From assembly GCA_964016885.1 (NCBI GenBank), contig OZ024745.1:20150001-20214000 (forward strand): a stretch of DNA of 64,000 bases, read 5' to 3'. Below, in pieces: positions 40,428-52,544 of the stretch (position 1 is its first letter; every line of letters begins with the position of its first letter). The translations under genes and the position numbers were made by a program. The stretch comes from Eledone cirrhosa (lineage: Eukaryota). A model generated the notes under the pieces. It did no database searches. It saw only the letters and a list, made by a program, of their open reading frames with translations, and was not told where the DNA came from.

Positions 40428-40654
40428 CTGATAAAGCATGTAGAGTGTACTAATGTTGTCGTTGATTCTAACAGTTGTCCTCCAACTACCCAAGAGGTCA
40501 ATGATATTAGCTAGTGTCGATGGACCCCATCGACGGCGTTGGTTAAAGAATTCTGAAAAGGTTTCAGGAGCATGCGTCATAGCATCAGCCGCTGCACAAT
40601 AATCAATTCTGTAGCCTTGCTGTAGAAGCAATGTGCTTAACCATCGATCTTCTC
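40428..40654 (-). CDS. CHS: Chitin synthase exon with catalytic GEDRWL and QRRRW motifs
   Basis: TTACAG/GTATGC junctions, phase 1 to 0; GEDRWLSTLLLQQG...EFFNQRRRWGPST. Confidence 0.98.
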
Positions 40655-41218
40655 CTGTAACATAAGCCAAAATAGATTTAATATTAGTCTTGCATAGTAA
40701 GTATATCAATTTCGGTCGTTTTGTTGTCTCTCCCTCTTTCTCTCTCTCTCTCTTATCCCCCACTCTGCCTCTGTCTTTCCCACTCTCTCCTTCTCTTCTC
40801 CTGATTTTCTCTCTCTCTCTCACTCTCTTCTCTCCCCTCTCTCTGTTCTTTCCCACCAGATTGCCCCACAATCAGCAGATTGATTTCGTGTTAAGTTCTG
40901 TTTAACGAGTCACAAGTCCCTGCATTGTCATTTCACTGGAAGCCACTGAAATGTTTTAAGATCCAAGTTTAAGATTTCGAGATTGTTGAATGAGTTAAAT
41001 TTAGCTAACCAGTCGCATTAAGCTCTCACAGTATTGTTAAACACTTAATAAGTGTGTGTGTGACAGCTCACCCCTATGCAGGTTTAGCTGGCCTCCTCCA
41101 AGGTATATCTCGTTGGAGGTGTTTTGGGTAATTTAATGATAGGGACCCCAGTCCTATCATCATGTTAATAAGTATGTTTCTAAGATTGTTAATTTTATCA
41201 TACATTAAATGTAAGAGG

Positions 41219-41443
41219 TTGGTGGATTGGTAGAGTGGGTAGAGCGTCGCATCAAATACTTTGCGTTATTTAGTCACAAATCTTTTACGTTCGAAATTCA
41301 AATCCCGCCAAGGTCATCTTTGCATTTCATTTATTGGTGGTCAATAAAATAAAGTACCAGTCAAACACTGTTGTTGATTTAACCCCCACCCAATAAATAT
41401 AAAGTAAATTACTGGCTTTGTGCCAAAATTAGAAACAATTATT
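41219..41443 (+). mobile_element. SINE family A (older copy)
   Basis: Family head, core and tail motifs. Confidence 0.75.
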
Positions 41444-41447
41444 ACGA

Positions 41448-41905
41448 ATGGCGAGGCTAATGCGCTGGAACAATCAAGCGCCCTCGTGAGATTCGCCAGT
41501 TACCTCTATTAGGCGAGCCGCCAGTGAAGAGAGGAACTTCGCAGTCAGCGGCCCGACTCCCTCAAACGTCTAGAAAGCCACAAGCCAGCTACATTTTTCA
41601 GCCTGTGGCTTTTGAGACGTTTGGGGGAGTCGGGCCGCTGACTGCGAAGTTCCTCTCTTCACTGGCGGCTCGCCTAATAGAGGTAACTGGCGAATCTTGC
41701 GAGGGCGCTTGGTTGTTCCAACGCATTAGCCTCGCCATCACCCAAGGCAACGCTGCGAGTGTGCTGGCTTGCCTAAAAAATCATTAGAGAGATTGCCCGG
41801 TACCCCTCGCGACGCTGCTGTCTTTGGCTCAGTTGTTTACCCCTTCTTTTACATTTTGTTTGATATTGCAACATTAAAAGAATATATCCTTCTGAAGGAG
41901 TAGCG
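41448..41905 (+). mobile_element. 5'-truncated CRE-like (RLE) LINE with 135-bp fold-back and 17-bp TSD
   Basis: FQPVAFETFGGVG..FL..LA.RL...TG....LFQRISLAITQGNAASV motif; arms 41448-41582 and 41604-41738; AACAATTATTACGAATG at 41434-50 and 41906-22. Confidence 0.82.
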
Positions 41906-42010
41906 AACAATTATTACGAATGTATTGTGTCATAAGATAACACAAATGGCCGAGTTGGCAGGGAAACGAAAAACAAACTATTATAAGTTAGTAATAAGTT
42001 GAGGTTTTAC

Positions 42011-42211
42011 CTTGGTCACACTGGATATACTGAGTTGCTTCTGTAGCTCTGGTTGTGTACGTTTTACATATGTTGTCATCCATCAAAGCTGAACCTCTAA
42101 ACAAACTAAAACAACCAGGAGCACACAAGACACAACCAAAAACATGTTCTGACGCTTTCTGTAGCCAATGACCAATAGCGTATTCGAACTGCTGATACCA
42201 TAACATGGGGC
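42011..42211 (-). CDS. CHS: Chitin synthase exon (QQFEYAIGHW, VLCAPGCFSLFR)
   Basis: CAG/GTAAAA junctions, phase 1 to 1, 201 nt. Confidence 0.98.
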
Positions 42212-42381
42212 CTGCTAGAACACAAACAAACCTAATTACATTAAAACTGAAACGTACATAGCAGTTAATAAAGCCATCTGAAGTACCATCTTTGGTTTTG
42301 CACATGAATTTAAAAAAAACAAAACAAATAAAAATACACACGCACACGCACACACATACACACACAGAGAGACAGACAGAC

Positions 42382-42509
42382 GTAGTAACACAACAGTTAG
42401 TTCACCATACCGAGAACAATTGTTTCACCTTATGCGGGTCTTCAGCTGAGGATCAGCATAAGGTGAAACAATTGTTCTCAGTATGGTGAACTAACTGTTG
42501 TGTTACCAC
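42382..42509. mobile_element. Loopless palindrome (64-bp arms) with back-to-back hammerhead cores
   Basis: Axis at CAG|CTG 42445/6; + strand CTGAGGA..GAAACAATTGTT, - strand CTGAAGA CCC GCATAA GGT GAAACAATTGTT. Confidence 0.75.
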
Positions 42510-42606
42510 TTCTACCAAACTCTTCCCATGGACTGAGTGCTCTACCACTACGGATATTACCTTCCAGTGTTCTACTATATATATATATATATATACATAC
42601 AAACAT

Positions 42607-42751
42607 ATAATTGTTTCTACTTTAGGCACAAGGCCAACATTTACCCAGTGCATTACTGGTACTTTATTTTATCGACCCCGTAAGGATGAAAGGCAAAGTC
42701 AACCTCGGCGGGATTTGAACTCAGATCGTAAAGGGACGTAACTATGCTGGA
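42607..42751 (-). mobile_element. Young SINE family A, 5'-truncated
   Basis: Near-identical to 21800-21953 and 50810-50962. Confidence 0.85.
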
Positions 42752-43172
42752 ATATGATATGATATGATGTGATCATTCCATACGAATCGAATGAAACAGT
42801 TCTAGTACTGTAGAAGTCATTTCTATATAAAATAAATATACTTCTTCTCTACTAATGTACTGAGTACCTTATTTAACTGTTGTTTCTTTCCGACGCTGTT
42901 CGGTCAACCAATGTGATGTTACCAATATTACAATATTACCAGTGATGCACGTGACTCTCCTCACCTTCTTACGTTGCCTATTTTACGGCGACTTATATTC
43001 TTTCCTATCACTTACCTTCTCAAAATCAACTGAGTTATGCTGTGAAAGGTCCACATGGGACTACATGTTGCGTTCTCTATCTTCCTTCAAGAAACGGAAG
43101 AGAGTTGAACTAAAGAAGATGGCAAACTTAGGTGGATCGACATGCAGAACTGTTGAAATAAAAAAACATTAC

Positions 43173-43308
43173 CCGAACCAGTTGGATGGATGCGACCACA
43201 AGCAGCACCGACTTTGAGATTTTTCTTCATCCTGTCAACCAAAAGTCTAACAGCATCTGGTTGGAAGTCAACATCCCCATCAAGAGTTAATAGAAAAGTG
43301 TTTTCAGC
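43173..43308 (-). CDS. CHS: Chitin synthase exon (LDGDVDF DxD motif, GAACGRIHP); not in the ORF track
   Basis: TTTTTAG/GTAATG junctions; AENTFLLTLDGDVDFQPDAVRLLVDRMKKNLKVGAACGRIHPTGS(G). Confidence 0.97.
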
Positions 43309-43590
43309 CTAAAAATATATTACAGACTTCTTAGTGAAAAGATTAGACACGCTTAAAGAGATATTGGGATTAAATATTATATAGTTTATCAATAAGACGG
43401 TTTACATTTTTCTTGATATTATATACCAACCCTTCCGGCGCTAAGGGACTAAAGCCTTTCCAATAATGTAGAAACTTGTTGAATGATCTTAAAGTTTTGT
43501 TAGTTAAAATTATGTATTACTGTTCAAATAAGTAACAAGTACAAATAAACAATAGAAAGTGAGCTTAGCTCCGGTTAAATGATTATTAAC

Positions 43591-43623
<33 letters not shown>

Positions 43624-43739
43624 CATTAGAACATCTGACTGATAAAATGACTGGCCTCCCCACAGCCCTGGTGGACAGAATAGAGAAGGCGTTTCCCCGG
43701 AGGACGGCAAGGGAGACGCGCTGAGCTATTGCTATACAA

Positions 43740-45285
43740 TCAAATAAACACGATAGTCAGCTGTAGCTCAATTATCAAATAAAAACACAATAGTCAGCTA
43801 TAGCTCAACCGTCAGATAAACACGATAGTCAGCTGTAGCTCAACCGTCAGATAAACACGATAGTCAGCTGTAGCTCAACCATCAGATAAACACGATAGTC
43901 AGCTGTAGCTCAACCGTCAGATAAACACGATAGTCAGTTATTGCTGAACCATCAGATAAACACGATAGTCAGTTATTGCTGAACCATCAGATAAACACGA
44001 TAGTCAGCTGTAGCTCAACCATCAGATAAACACGATAGTCAGCTGTAGCTCAACCATCAGATAAACACGATTGTCAGCTGTAGCTCAACCGTCAGATAAA
44101 CACGATAGTCAGTTATTGCTGAACCATCAGATAAACACGATAGTCAGCTGTAGCTCAACCATCAGATAAACACGATAGTCAGCTGTAGCTCAACCATCAG
44201 ATAAACACGATAGTCAGTTATTGCTGAACCATCAGATAAACACGATAGTCAGTTATTGCTGAACCATCAGATAAACACGATAGTCAGTTATTGCTGAACC
44301 ATCAGATAAACACGATAGTCAGTTATTGCTCAACCATCAGATAAACACGATAGTCAGTTATTGCTCAACCATCAGATAAACACGATAGTCAGCTGTAGCT
44401 CAACCATCAGATAAACACGATAGTCAGTTATTGCTGAACCATCAGATAAACACGATAGTCAGTTATTGCTGAACCATCAGATAAACACGATAGTCAGTTA
44501 TTGCTGAACCATCAGATAAACACGATAGTCAGTTATTGCTCAACCATCAGATAAACACGATAGTCAGTTATTGCTCAACCATCAGATAAACACGATAGTC
44601 AGCTGTAGCTCAACCATCAGATAAACACGATAGTCAGTTATTGCTCAACCATCAGATAAACACGATAGTCAGTTATTGCTGAACCATCAGATAAACACGA
44701 TAGTCAGTTATTGCTCAACCATCAGATAAACACGATAGTCAGCTGTAGCTCAACCATCAGATAAACACGATAGTCAGTTATTGCTGAACCATCAGATAAA
44801 CACGATAGTCAGTTATTGCTGAACCATCAGATAAACACGATAGTCAGCTGTAGCTCAACCATCAGATAAACACGATAGTCAGTTATTGCTGAACCATCAG
44901 ATAAACACGATAGTCAGTTATTGCTGAACCATCAGATAAACACGATAGTCAGTTATTGCTCAACTATCAGATAAACACGATAGTCAGTTATTGCTGAACC
45001 ATCAGATAAACACGATAGTCAGTTATTGCTGAACCATCAGATAAACACGATAGTCAGCTGTAGCTCAACCATCAGATAAACACGATAGTCAGTTATTGCT
45101 GAACCATCAGATAAACACGATAGTCAGTTATTGCTGAACCATCAGATAAACACGATAGTCAGTTATTGCTCAACTATCAGATAAACACGATAGTCAGTTA
45201 TTGCTGAACCATCAGATAAACACGATAGTCAGTTATTGCTGAACCATCAGATAAACACGATAGTCAGTTATTGCTCAACCATCAG
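43740..45285. repeat. 35-bp intronic minisatellite, about 44 copies
   Basis: ATAAACACGATAGTCAG(CTGTA/TTATT)GCT(C/G)AACCATCAG. Confidence 0.97.
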
Positions 45286-45486
45286 AGATCTGAGTTCGTT
45301 ACAGCATACTTCGAACATTTGTCAGTGATGATTTGAAATTATTTCAATATACTTGTGCTTTGGTTTTTACTAAAACTGATTTTCTATTGACTCTAAATAT
45401 GTTAGTATGTTACTATATGTTAGTATGATCATGTTTTTTAGTTTTTTTCTTAGTTTCATATTGGTGATAAAGTGGGAGCTAATAAT

Positions 45487-45675
45487 AATAATTGTTTCTA
45501 CTTTTGGCACAAGGCCAGCAAATACCCAGTACATTACTGGTACTTTATTTTATCGACCCCGTATGGATGAAAGGCAAAGTTAACCTCGGCAGGATTTGAA
45601 CTCAGAATGGCAAAAGCCGTAACTCTATGCGTCAAAGCATGGCGTCCGACGCTCTACCGATACTGCCAATCCACC
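45487..45675 (-). mobile_element. SINE family A
   Basis: Reverse complement of the family consensus. Confidence 0.85.
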
Positions 45676-46442
45676 AATACACATGTATAGTATATATATT
45701 AAAGCCGCCACAAACTCCAAAACTGTAACGGAAGCTTTGTATATTTCTAAATGTCTGGGATGAGTCTTTATTAATAATATTCAAATATTTCAGGCGCTTA
45801 ACTTAGTGGTTAGAGTATTGGGCTCACAATGGTGAGGTTGGGGTTTCGATTCTTGGACCAAGCAGTGCATTGTGTCCTTCAGCAAGACACTTTATTTCAC
45901 GTTGCTCGGTGGCATCACTGGTGCCAAGCTTTATCAGCCTTTCTATCTATTGGACAACATCAGGGACAAGGAGAGATGAAACTGGTATGCATGAGCGACT
46001 TCTGGTCTTTCACCAAAACACCTGTCCCCGGAGGGAACTTTCTAGGTGCAAATTCCATAGTCATTTGTAACTGAAAGGGATCTTTATATTTGAGACTAAG
46101 TAGCAAATACAGTAAACCAATTATTTTGCGAGGTGGAACATGACTGCTTGCAGGCCCGTTTTGGTAGTGGTGGTGTTGGAGGAACTCCTCTTAAAATCAA
46201 AGGGGCCGAAAAGCTATTTTTAGATAGGGCAGATATTTACACACACACAAACACACGTGTGGAATTAGGTGTCGAAACGGCAAGAGCTCAGCCGTCGGGC
46301 CCCGAATCTCTCTAATATAGGTACACTGTACTATCCCAAGTATCGAGTACTCTGTTGAATAATGGTCTTGCTAGTTTAAAACTGATAGAATACTGATATA
46401 CATACATACATATATATATATATATAAAATATTAAAAAAATG

Positions 46443-46589
46443 ATTATTTCTGAAGACGGCATATATATGTGTTGGTATGTATATTAAATTTGATAGTTTG
46501 TATAATTTTGTATAATTTTGTACATAGATCTGTTAAATATGCATGCCAATTTTAACACATATATGTCCTAGAAACGATCGTTAAATAAT
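46443..46589 (+). ncRNA. Type I hammerhead motif with a long stem II
   Basis: ATTATTT-CTGAAGA(46450-56)-about 115-nt imperfect hairpin-GAAAC GATC GTT^-AAATAAT; perfect 7-bp stem I; stem III is the palindrome AACGATCGTT. Confidence 0.65.
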
Positions 46590-46787
46590 GAACTTTTTTT
46601 TGTTTAATATAAGGAACTGTTTCATTGTTTTATTCATTATTTTTTAAATATTTTATCTTGACTCTGTATTCCGTTTATCTTTCACCGAAAGTGATTTTTG
46701 AATGCATCTCTTCTTTCCATGATATCCGGATTACATTGAGTTCTTCATACGGATTGGACACTACCGTAAACTCTTGGTAGATTTATC

Positions 46788-46852
<65 letters not shown>

Positions 46853-46872
46853 TTCATATCTTTTATCTATAA

Positions 46873-46947
46873 CATCTCTGTCTGACGAACGATCCAGACG
46901 TACATATTATTATCGTCTATGATCCAGAAACCTTTAGTAATGGAATA
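46873..46947 (+). ncRNA. Degenerate hammerhead motif
   Basis: CTGACGA(46882)-GATC.AGACG...CGTCT..GATC-GAAAC CTTTA GTA^-ATGGA; the base of stem II is mismatched. Confidence 0.45.
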
Positions 46948-46977
46948 GTTATATTTTGTGTTGTTCCTTTTCTAATT

Positions 46978-47024
<47 letters not shown>

Positions 47025-47224
47025 CATTTTTCCTGAGTTCAGTCTTTTTCGTCGCTATGGTCACTGCGGCCCTTCTACCGACCGTTGTCTTCATTTTGCA
47101 AAGCTGTCTAAACATAATGTTATAACTCTAGAGTTATATACCCTATCGAGTGCTTAGTTGCACACCGAAACTGCATTCGTTAGCTTGGCTGCAACCATGG
47201 CTTCATTGATGCTGTACTAAATGT

Positions 47225-47265
<41 letters not shown>

Positions 47266-47267
<2 letters not shown>

Positions 47268-47676
47268 GACCCCTTAGCCTTTGTCAAGGCAGAATTCTAG
47301 GAAAAGGAAAACTCTGATATAACACCTGCAACCCTGATGGTATCCAATGATGTTGACTTGTTCTTCTTTTTGGTAAATATCATCTTGGTTAAGAGAGTGG
47401 GACTGGCTTTGTGCAATGCCTTTGCTCACTATAAAAGCTTCACAGCACAGGCATTGCTTTATATCTGGAGATCTCTCTGCACTTGTCGTCACAAGGTACT
47501 ATGGGCCCAGCACTATGTGTCAATAATTGTCACAAGTGTAGTGTTTGTACCAGAGTTTTCAAGTCGCTGGCTGGACTAAAAAGTCACACTTGTTCAGCGC
47601 ATCGGTAGGGGTTCTCCTACATCGATATAAAGTAGTGGCCGTACTCGAAAACAAGTTGGCAGCCACCATGTATGTA
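47266..47676. mobile_element. Inverted copy of the 29880-30270 repeat
   Basis: High identity, one indel of about 20 nt; (TATG)n flanks. Confidence 0.8.
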
Positions 47677-47730
47677 TATACATGAAAACATCATAATTAT
47701 AAGTTTCATCTGTGTTGAAAGCGAACCTAC

Positions 47731-47919
47731 TTCCACGTGATCTTCTTCATCAATGTAATTAAAGATAACACTTTGAGTGAAGTGTGCGGCTTTTCGTCTA
47801 TGGCGAAGTTGTGAAGGCGTCAGTCGAACCATACCGCGCGATTTCTCTCCCTTGTCTACAGTCGCAGTTTTCTCCCTTGCCATAATTTTGTAGCCAAGTA
47901 AGTAGTACATATACATCAC
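47731..47919 (-). CDS. CHS: Chitin synthase exon (VMYMYYLLG)
   Basis: CTGCAG/GTAGGT junctions, phase 0 to 0, 63 codons. Confidence 0.93.
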
Positions 47920-48545
47920 CTGCAGAATATAGGATATAAAATAACAGGCAATAATCACCTTATCTGATTTCCTTTCTTTCTCTTTCTCCTCCCCCTGTTT
48001 TTCCCTCTTTATATTTGACTTATCTTTTATCTGCTGCTTTACTTCTACCCTCCCCCCCTTGTTTCTATTGCCTTTCTCTGTTTATTTGTACTCTTCGTGT
48101 TTGTTTAGTTGTGACAGGGGGTGGGTATAAGCCTGGTGAGGTCGACAATGTCGATGTTTAGAAGCTCCTACATCTTAAAAAGTAAGGACACATTGGATAA
48201 GAGGTCGTTATGTTAACAGAACACACAAAAGTGACTTATTCAGACAGCTAGTTCAACTAATCTTGCAAGAGTTAAGCCCCTTTAGCAAAGCTATACGCCG
48301 GCAACGAGATTCTGGCGGCTGTTCGTTCAACTTGTATCCTAACATCGTATCAACTCGGCAAACTTCGTGTTACACTCATTTGCAGTGTCTCTCAGCCGGT
48401 GTTTTGCTTTATATTTGATTAGATATTAAATTCTTGATTACTTTTATGTAATTTTATCCTAGAAATATATTTGAGTATTTTGAAATAAAATAGTTTATAA
48501 TTAACAAAGAAAAAAATAATACAAAATGAGGAAAAGTGACGTTAC

Positions 48546-48699
48546 CTGCGACCATCGTTTTTTGTGACGTATTTTCTGTTTGTCTTTCATGTGAAGAATC
48601 ATTTTTGTCCCTCCTGGCAGTCTCCACATTAACCTTCCTCCATATGGGGTCTCGTATTTAGTTGGGGGTTCAAGCATCACATTCCTTTCATGGACACAA
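48546..48699 (-). CDS. CHS: Chitin synthase exon (TPYGGRL, KIRHKKRWSQ)
   Basis: CAG/GTAACG junctions, phase 2 to 0. Confidence 0.97.
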
Positions 48700-48726
48700 C
48701 TGACCAGATAAATTAATGACAACGTT

Positions 48727-49350
48727 ATAATTGTTTCTGATTTAGGCACAAGGCCAGCAATTTAAAGGGGGTGGGGTGGGTTGAATAAATCGACCCCAGT
48801 ACGTTACTGGTACTTTATCTTATCGATCCCCGTAAGGATGAAAGGCAAAGCTAACCCCAGTGGGATTTGAACTCAGACCGTAAAGCATGGTATCTGATGC
48901 TCTACTGATTCTGCCAATCCACCGCCCTCTACTACAAATAATTATACTAATACTACTAATATTGCAGCTGTCACTTGTTATCAAGTATGACTTGATAGTA
49001 TGTAACATGCTTTTCTAGGGGTTTTAGGTACCCATGTAGTTGTGAGCAGACACAAACACCCTTTCAACCCTCTGTCCTTTGATCAAACAGAATATCCAGG
49101 ATGTGACAGCTTAAAGGAGAGAGGACTGCACCAAAAAGCAGCCAATGTGCACCTTGTAAGATGGTAGTGCTGGTGCATAGCAATTATAACACCGTTATAA
49201 TTGTTTCTGCTTTAGGCACAATTTGTAGAGGAGGGAAAAGTCGATTAAATCGACCCCAGTACGTTACTGGTACTTTATTTTATCGACCCCCTTAAGGATG
49301 AAAGGCAAAGCTAACCTCGGAGGGATTTGAACTCAGAACGTAAAGGGCCA
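48727..49350 (-). mobile_element. Two SINE family A copies separated by a segment duplicated from about 18171-18416
   Basis: Family core at 48727-48928 and 49197-49350; 48832-49175 is the reverse complement of 18171-18510. Confidence 0.8.
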
Positions 49351-49661
49351 TAGTTGTAGTGGTTACTGATATTTTCGTAGTTCACTGGGAACATGATATT
49401 GGAGCATGGCATGGTCCCGTAGCCCACGAAGGAACTATGGGGGTTGTCCCATAACCCACGAAGAAACCGTAGGGGTGACATATTGACATACGGCGTTTCT
49501 GGGACATTTTAAAATCTGGCGGATACAAATCCTCTCCACGTCGGAATAAAGCAGAAATAAACAACAACAACAACATCACCATTACCACAACTACCACCAC
49601 CACCACCACCACCACCACCACAATTACAACAACAAGAACAACAACAATTACTAGATTCTAC

Positions 49662-49764
49662 CTCAGTGCTTCATCGATACAGTCAACAAGTTCGATAACA
49701 AAGCTGTTTGGTTCCATTTGATGTTCTTCGTTTAATTGGAAAGCATCATCAAAGAAGAGGTGAG
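49662..49764 (-). CDS. CHS: Chitin synthase exon (AHLFFDDAF); not in the ORF track
   Basis: TTTCAG/GTAGAA junctions, phase 1 to 2; HLFFDDAFQLNEEHQMEPNSFVIELVDCIDEAL. Confidence 0.95.
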
Positions 49765-50778
49765 CTGAAACACGTGAAATATATTAGTGATGAGGGGTAT
49801 AGTGTAGAAGAGGCATGGGTAACCTGTGGATCTTGTACTCAGGTATACAGTGTGTGTGTATCCCGCTCCATGGTCAGATCAGGCTTCTGCCTGTTACTGG
49901 TGCCATGTAACGCAGTACAACCTGGTTCATGGTCAAGTGGTCAGTGACTAAACCAACTACCCCACCAGACCCTGGTCTGGTGAGGAAGGTAAGTGGAACC
50001 TCAGCAGCACAAAAAATAAGGGTTGTTAAAATGGTGGATGAATTCCTCAGAGTCAACAGCCATCCACCCCTACTATGGATTAAAAAGCCTCACCAAACCA
50101 AAATTGGCCAAGTGTGGTCAGTACAGCTACACCTTAACATGACCAAAACCAAAACGAAAGCGGTGGAAGTCAACTAGGGGGGGGGTCTTCTAACAGGAGT
50201 GAGAAAGCCCTGGATTGGGTTGGCTTGGTATATCTCATGAAGCCTCCTGGACCGATGCAAGTGTATTCAGCACTCTAGGCCAGTTCTACACTAATGTTAT
50301 CACAATAAACCAGAATTCCTGACTGTCACAGCAATCCTGGACATCAGAAATTATATATGTTCAACGCTATTATCGTCACTAGCAGAAAAACAGGTGGTTT
50401 TCTGCCAGCATGTGTAGTGTGTATATTGATATTATACACGAGTATATATGCATGTAGATATGATACGTCAAATAACATCGTAATTGACAATATACACAGA
50501 AATTGAACGAAGACTGCGTTACACAGTCTTATGTAATCAGTAACGTAATCCATGATACATTAAAAAAAGACGATATTATATATAAACTGCATTAGGAGAA
50601 AATTAGTGACGGAAATATATGAATGTTTATTTAAGCGATCGCTAACCGGAAGTGTTGACATTTGAAAATTTTAAAGAATTGAATCTTAAAATAAGCAACA
50701 AAATTATTTATATTTAATCAAGAATAACGAAATTTAGTAGATAAATTATGTAATATTCATTCATTATTTATTCAAAGT

Positions 50779-50956
50779 GGATTGGCAGTATCGGTAGAGG
50801 GTCGGACGCCATGCTTTCCAGCATAGTTACGTCCCTTTACGATCTGAGTTCAAATCCCACCGAGGTTGACTTTGCCTTTCATCCCTACGGGGTCGATAAA
50901 ATAAAGTACCAGTAATGAACTGGGTATGTGTTGGCCTTGTGCCTAAAGTAGAAACA
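50779..50956 (+). mobile_element. Young SINE family A with 16-bp TSD
   Basis: ATTATTTATTCAAAGT at 50763-78 and 50957-72. Confidence 0.88.
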
Positions 50957-51266
50957 ATTATTTATTCAAAGTAATCCAACTTATTTTACAAACGGGATAA
51001 AAAATATATTCTGGATGCAGTCCCGGACTCCTTACTTTATTATAGTTAGATTATTGACGGCTCGCGTTCATTAATTTATGTATATCCCACTCAGCCCAAT
51101 CTTTCTTACTTTATTGATGTGTATTGGCATAACAATTGTTTGACATATCCCAGTGGCGTGGCGAGAATGCTTGTACCCCCTGGGGCACAAGCCAAAAGTT
51201 GCCGTCATTATTGACGATACGGGTCCCTCTACCCTACAGACAACGAATAGTACAACCTTAACGTAC

Positions 51267-51346
51267 CTTCGAATTCATAGTAATCAGGATCACGGATGTT
51301 GTAAAACTTCTGAGCCAAATACCTGGCGCTGTGGTCAATGTCCATC
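51267..51346 (-). CDS. CHS: Chitin synthase exon (MDIDHSAR..DPDYYEFE); not in the ORF track
   Basis: TTTTTCTAG/GTACGT junctions, phase 2 to 1. Confidence 0.95.
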
Positions 51347-51465
51347 CTAGAAAAAGAGAGCAAAAGAACCTGTAGAGCTCATTACACCATATATTATTGT
51401 CTTTGGCAGCATTTAGCTGTTTTAAAGTCTGTTCAAGAGATAAGCTTTCTCATTTTTACATGTAT

Positions 51466-51508
<43 letters not shown>

Positions 51509-51760
51509 TGTATATATATATGTATCTGTGACTATGTCTAAGTATATATATATATCCTTTGAATTTAATATATACTCCCGTAAGGCTGAGTAAAACTTTA
51601 GGCAGTATTCGGCTGCGCTTTCTAGCAACCAGCCTACTCGCCGACAGGCACCAATCACAAACTTTCTGCCTTGACCGCTAGCCACGTGAGAGTTCTTAGC
51701 CATTTTGAATTCATTTCTGGCGGGGATCATGGTAGAAGAAACTTAATCCAGTCTGGGGTA

Positions 51761-51844
51761 TCTCCTGATGAGTTCCAAGCCTCGTGGATTTATCCAAGAC
51801 CGGGTATATCCAAAAAGCGGAACGAAACCACCGGTTGGTAGAGA
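51761..51844 (+). ncRNA. Canonical, apparently intact type I hammerhead ribozyme
   Basis: TCTC-CTGATGA(51765-71)-GTTCC...GGAAC-GAAA(51824-27)-CCA CCGGT TGG-TA^(51840)-GAGA; all core nucleotides present, GUA triplet, stems I, II and III paired. Confidence 0.85.
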
Positions 51845-52221
51845 CTATGAGAATTCTGGTAAAATTTATGTGCATTTTTCTTCAAACTTCTATTCTGTAG
51901 CTAATTCCGTGTAGTTAACTATTTGTCTAGTCAATTTCTGCAGGCTAAAAGAAATAATTAGGTAAATGTCTTATGGCTGCACATCGTGGAAAATAATCTG
52001 TATCATTTGTCTATTATTTCTTCATAAGTACATTTTAAACTTATAGCCTCGTTTAAATGGTTTTTATGTGGTTGATATATGCTGATTGAGAGAGGAAATA
52101 GTGTATATATTTTATCTAATGGTTCTTTGGACTTACATTTATATATATATATATATATATAAACAGGCGAAACTCCAGAGTAACCAGACTCATTATTTAG
52201 TCTTAATAAAATGAATATATG

Positions 52222-52400
<179 letters not shown>

Positions 52401-52475
52401 AAATATATATATATAAATATATATATATATAAATATATGTATATATAAATATATGTATATAAATATATATATATA

Positions 52476-52544
<69 letters not shown>

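Noticed and set aside
43740-45285. CRISPR-like periodicity in the 35-bp and 34-bp arrays
   Set aside because: Contiguous tandem units without unique spacers, in eukaryotic introns, with no cas genes.
47140-47185. Hammerhead-like CTATCGA-GTGC..GCAC-ACC-GAAAC..GTT
   Set aside because: The CUGANGA box is not intact and stem I is not evident; too degenerate to call.
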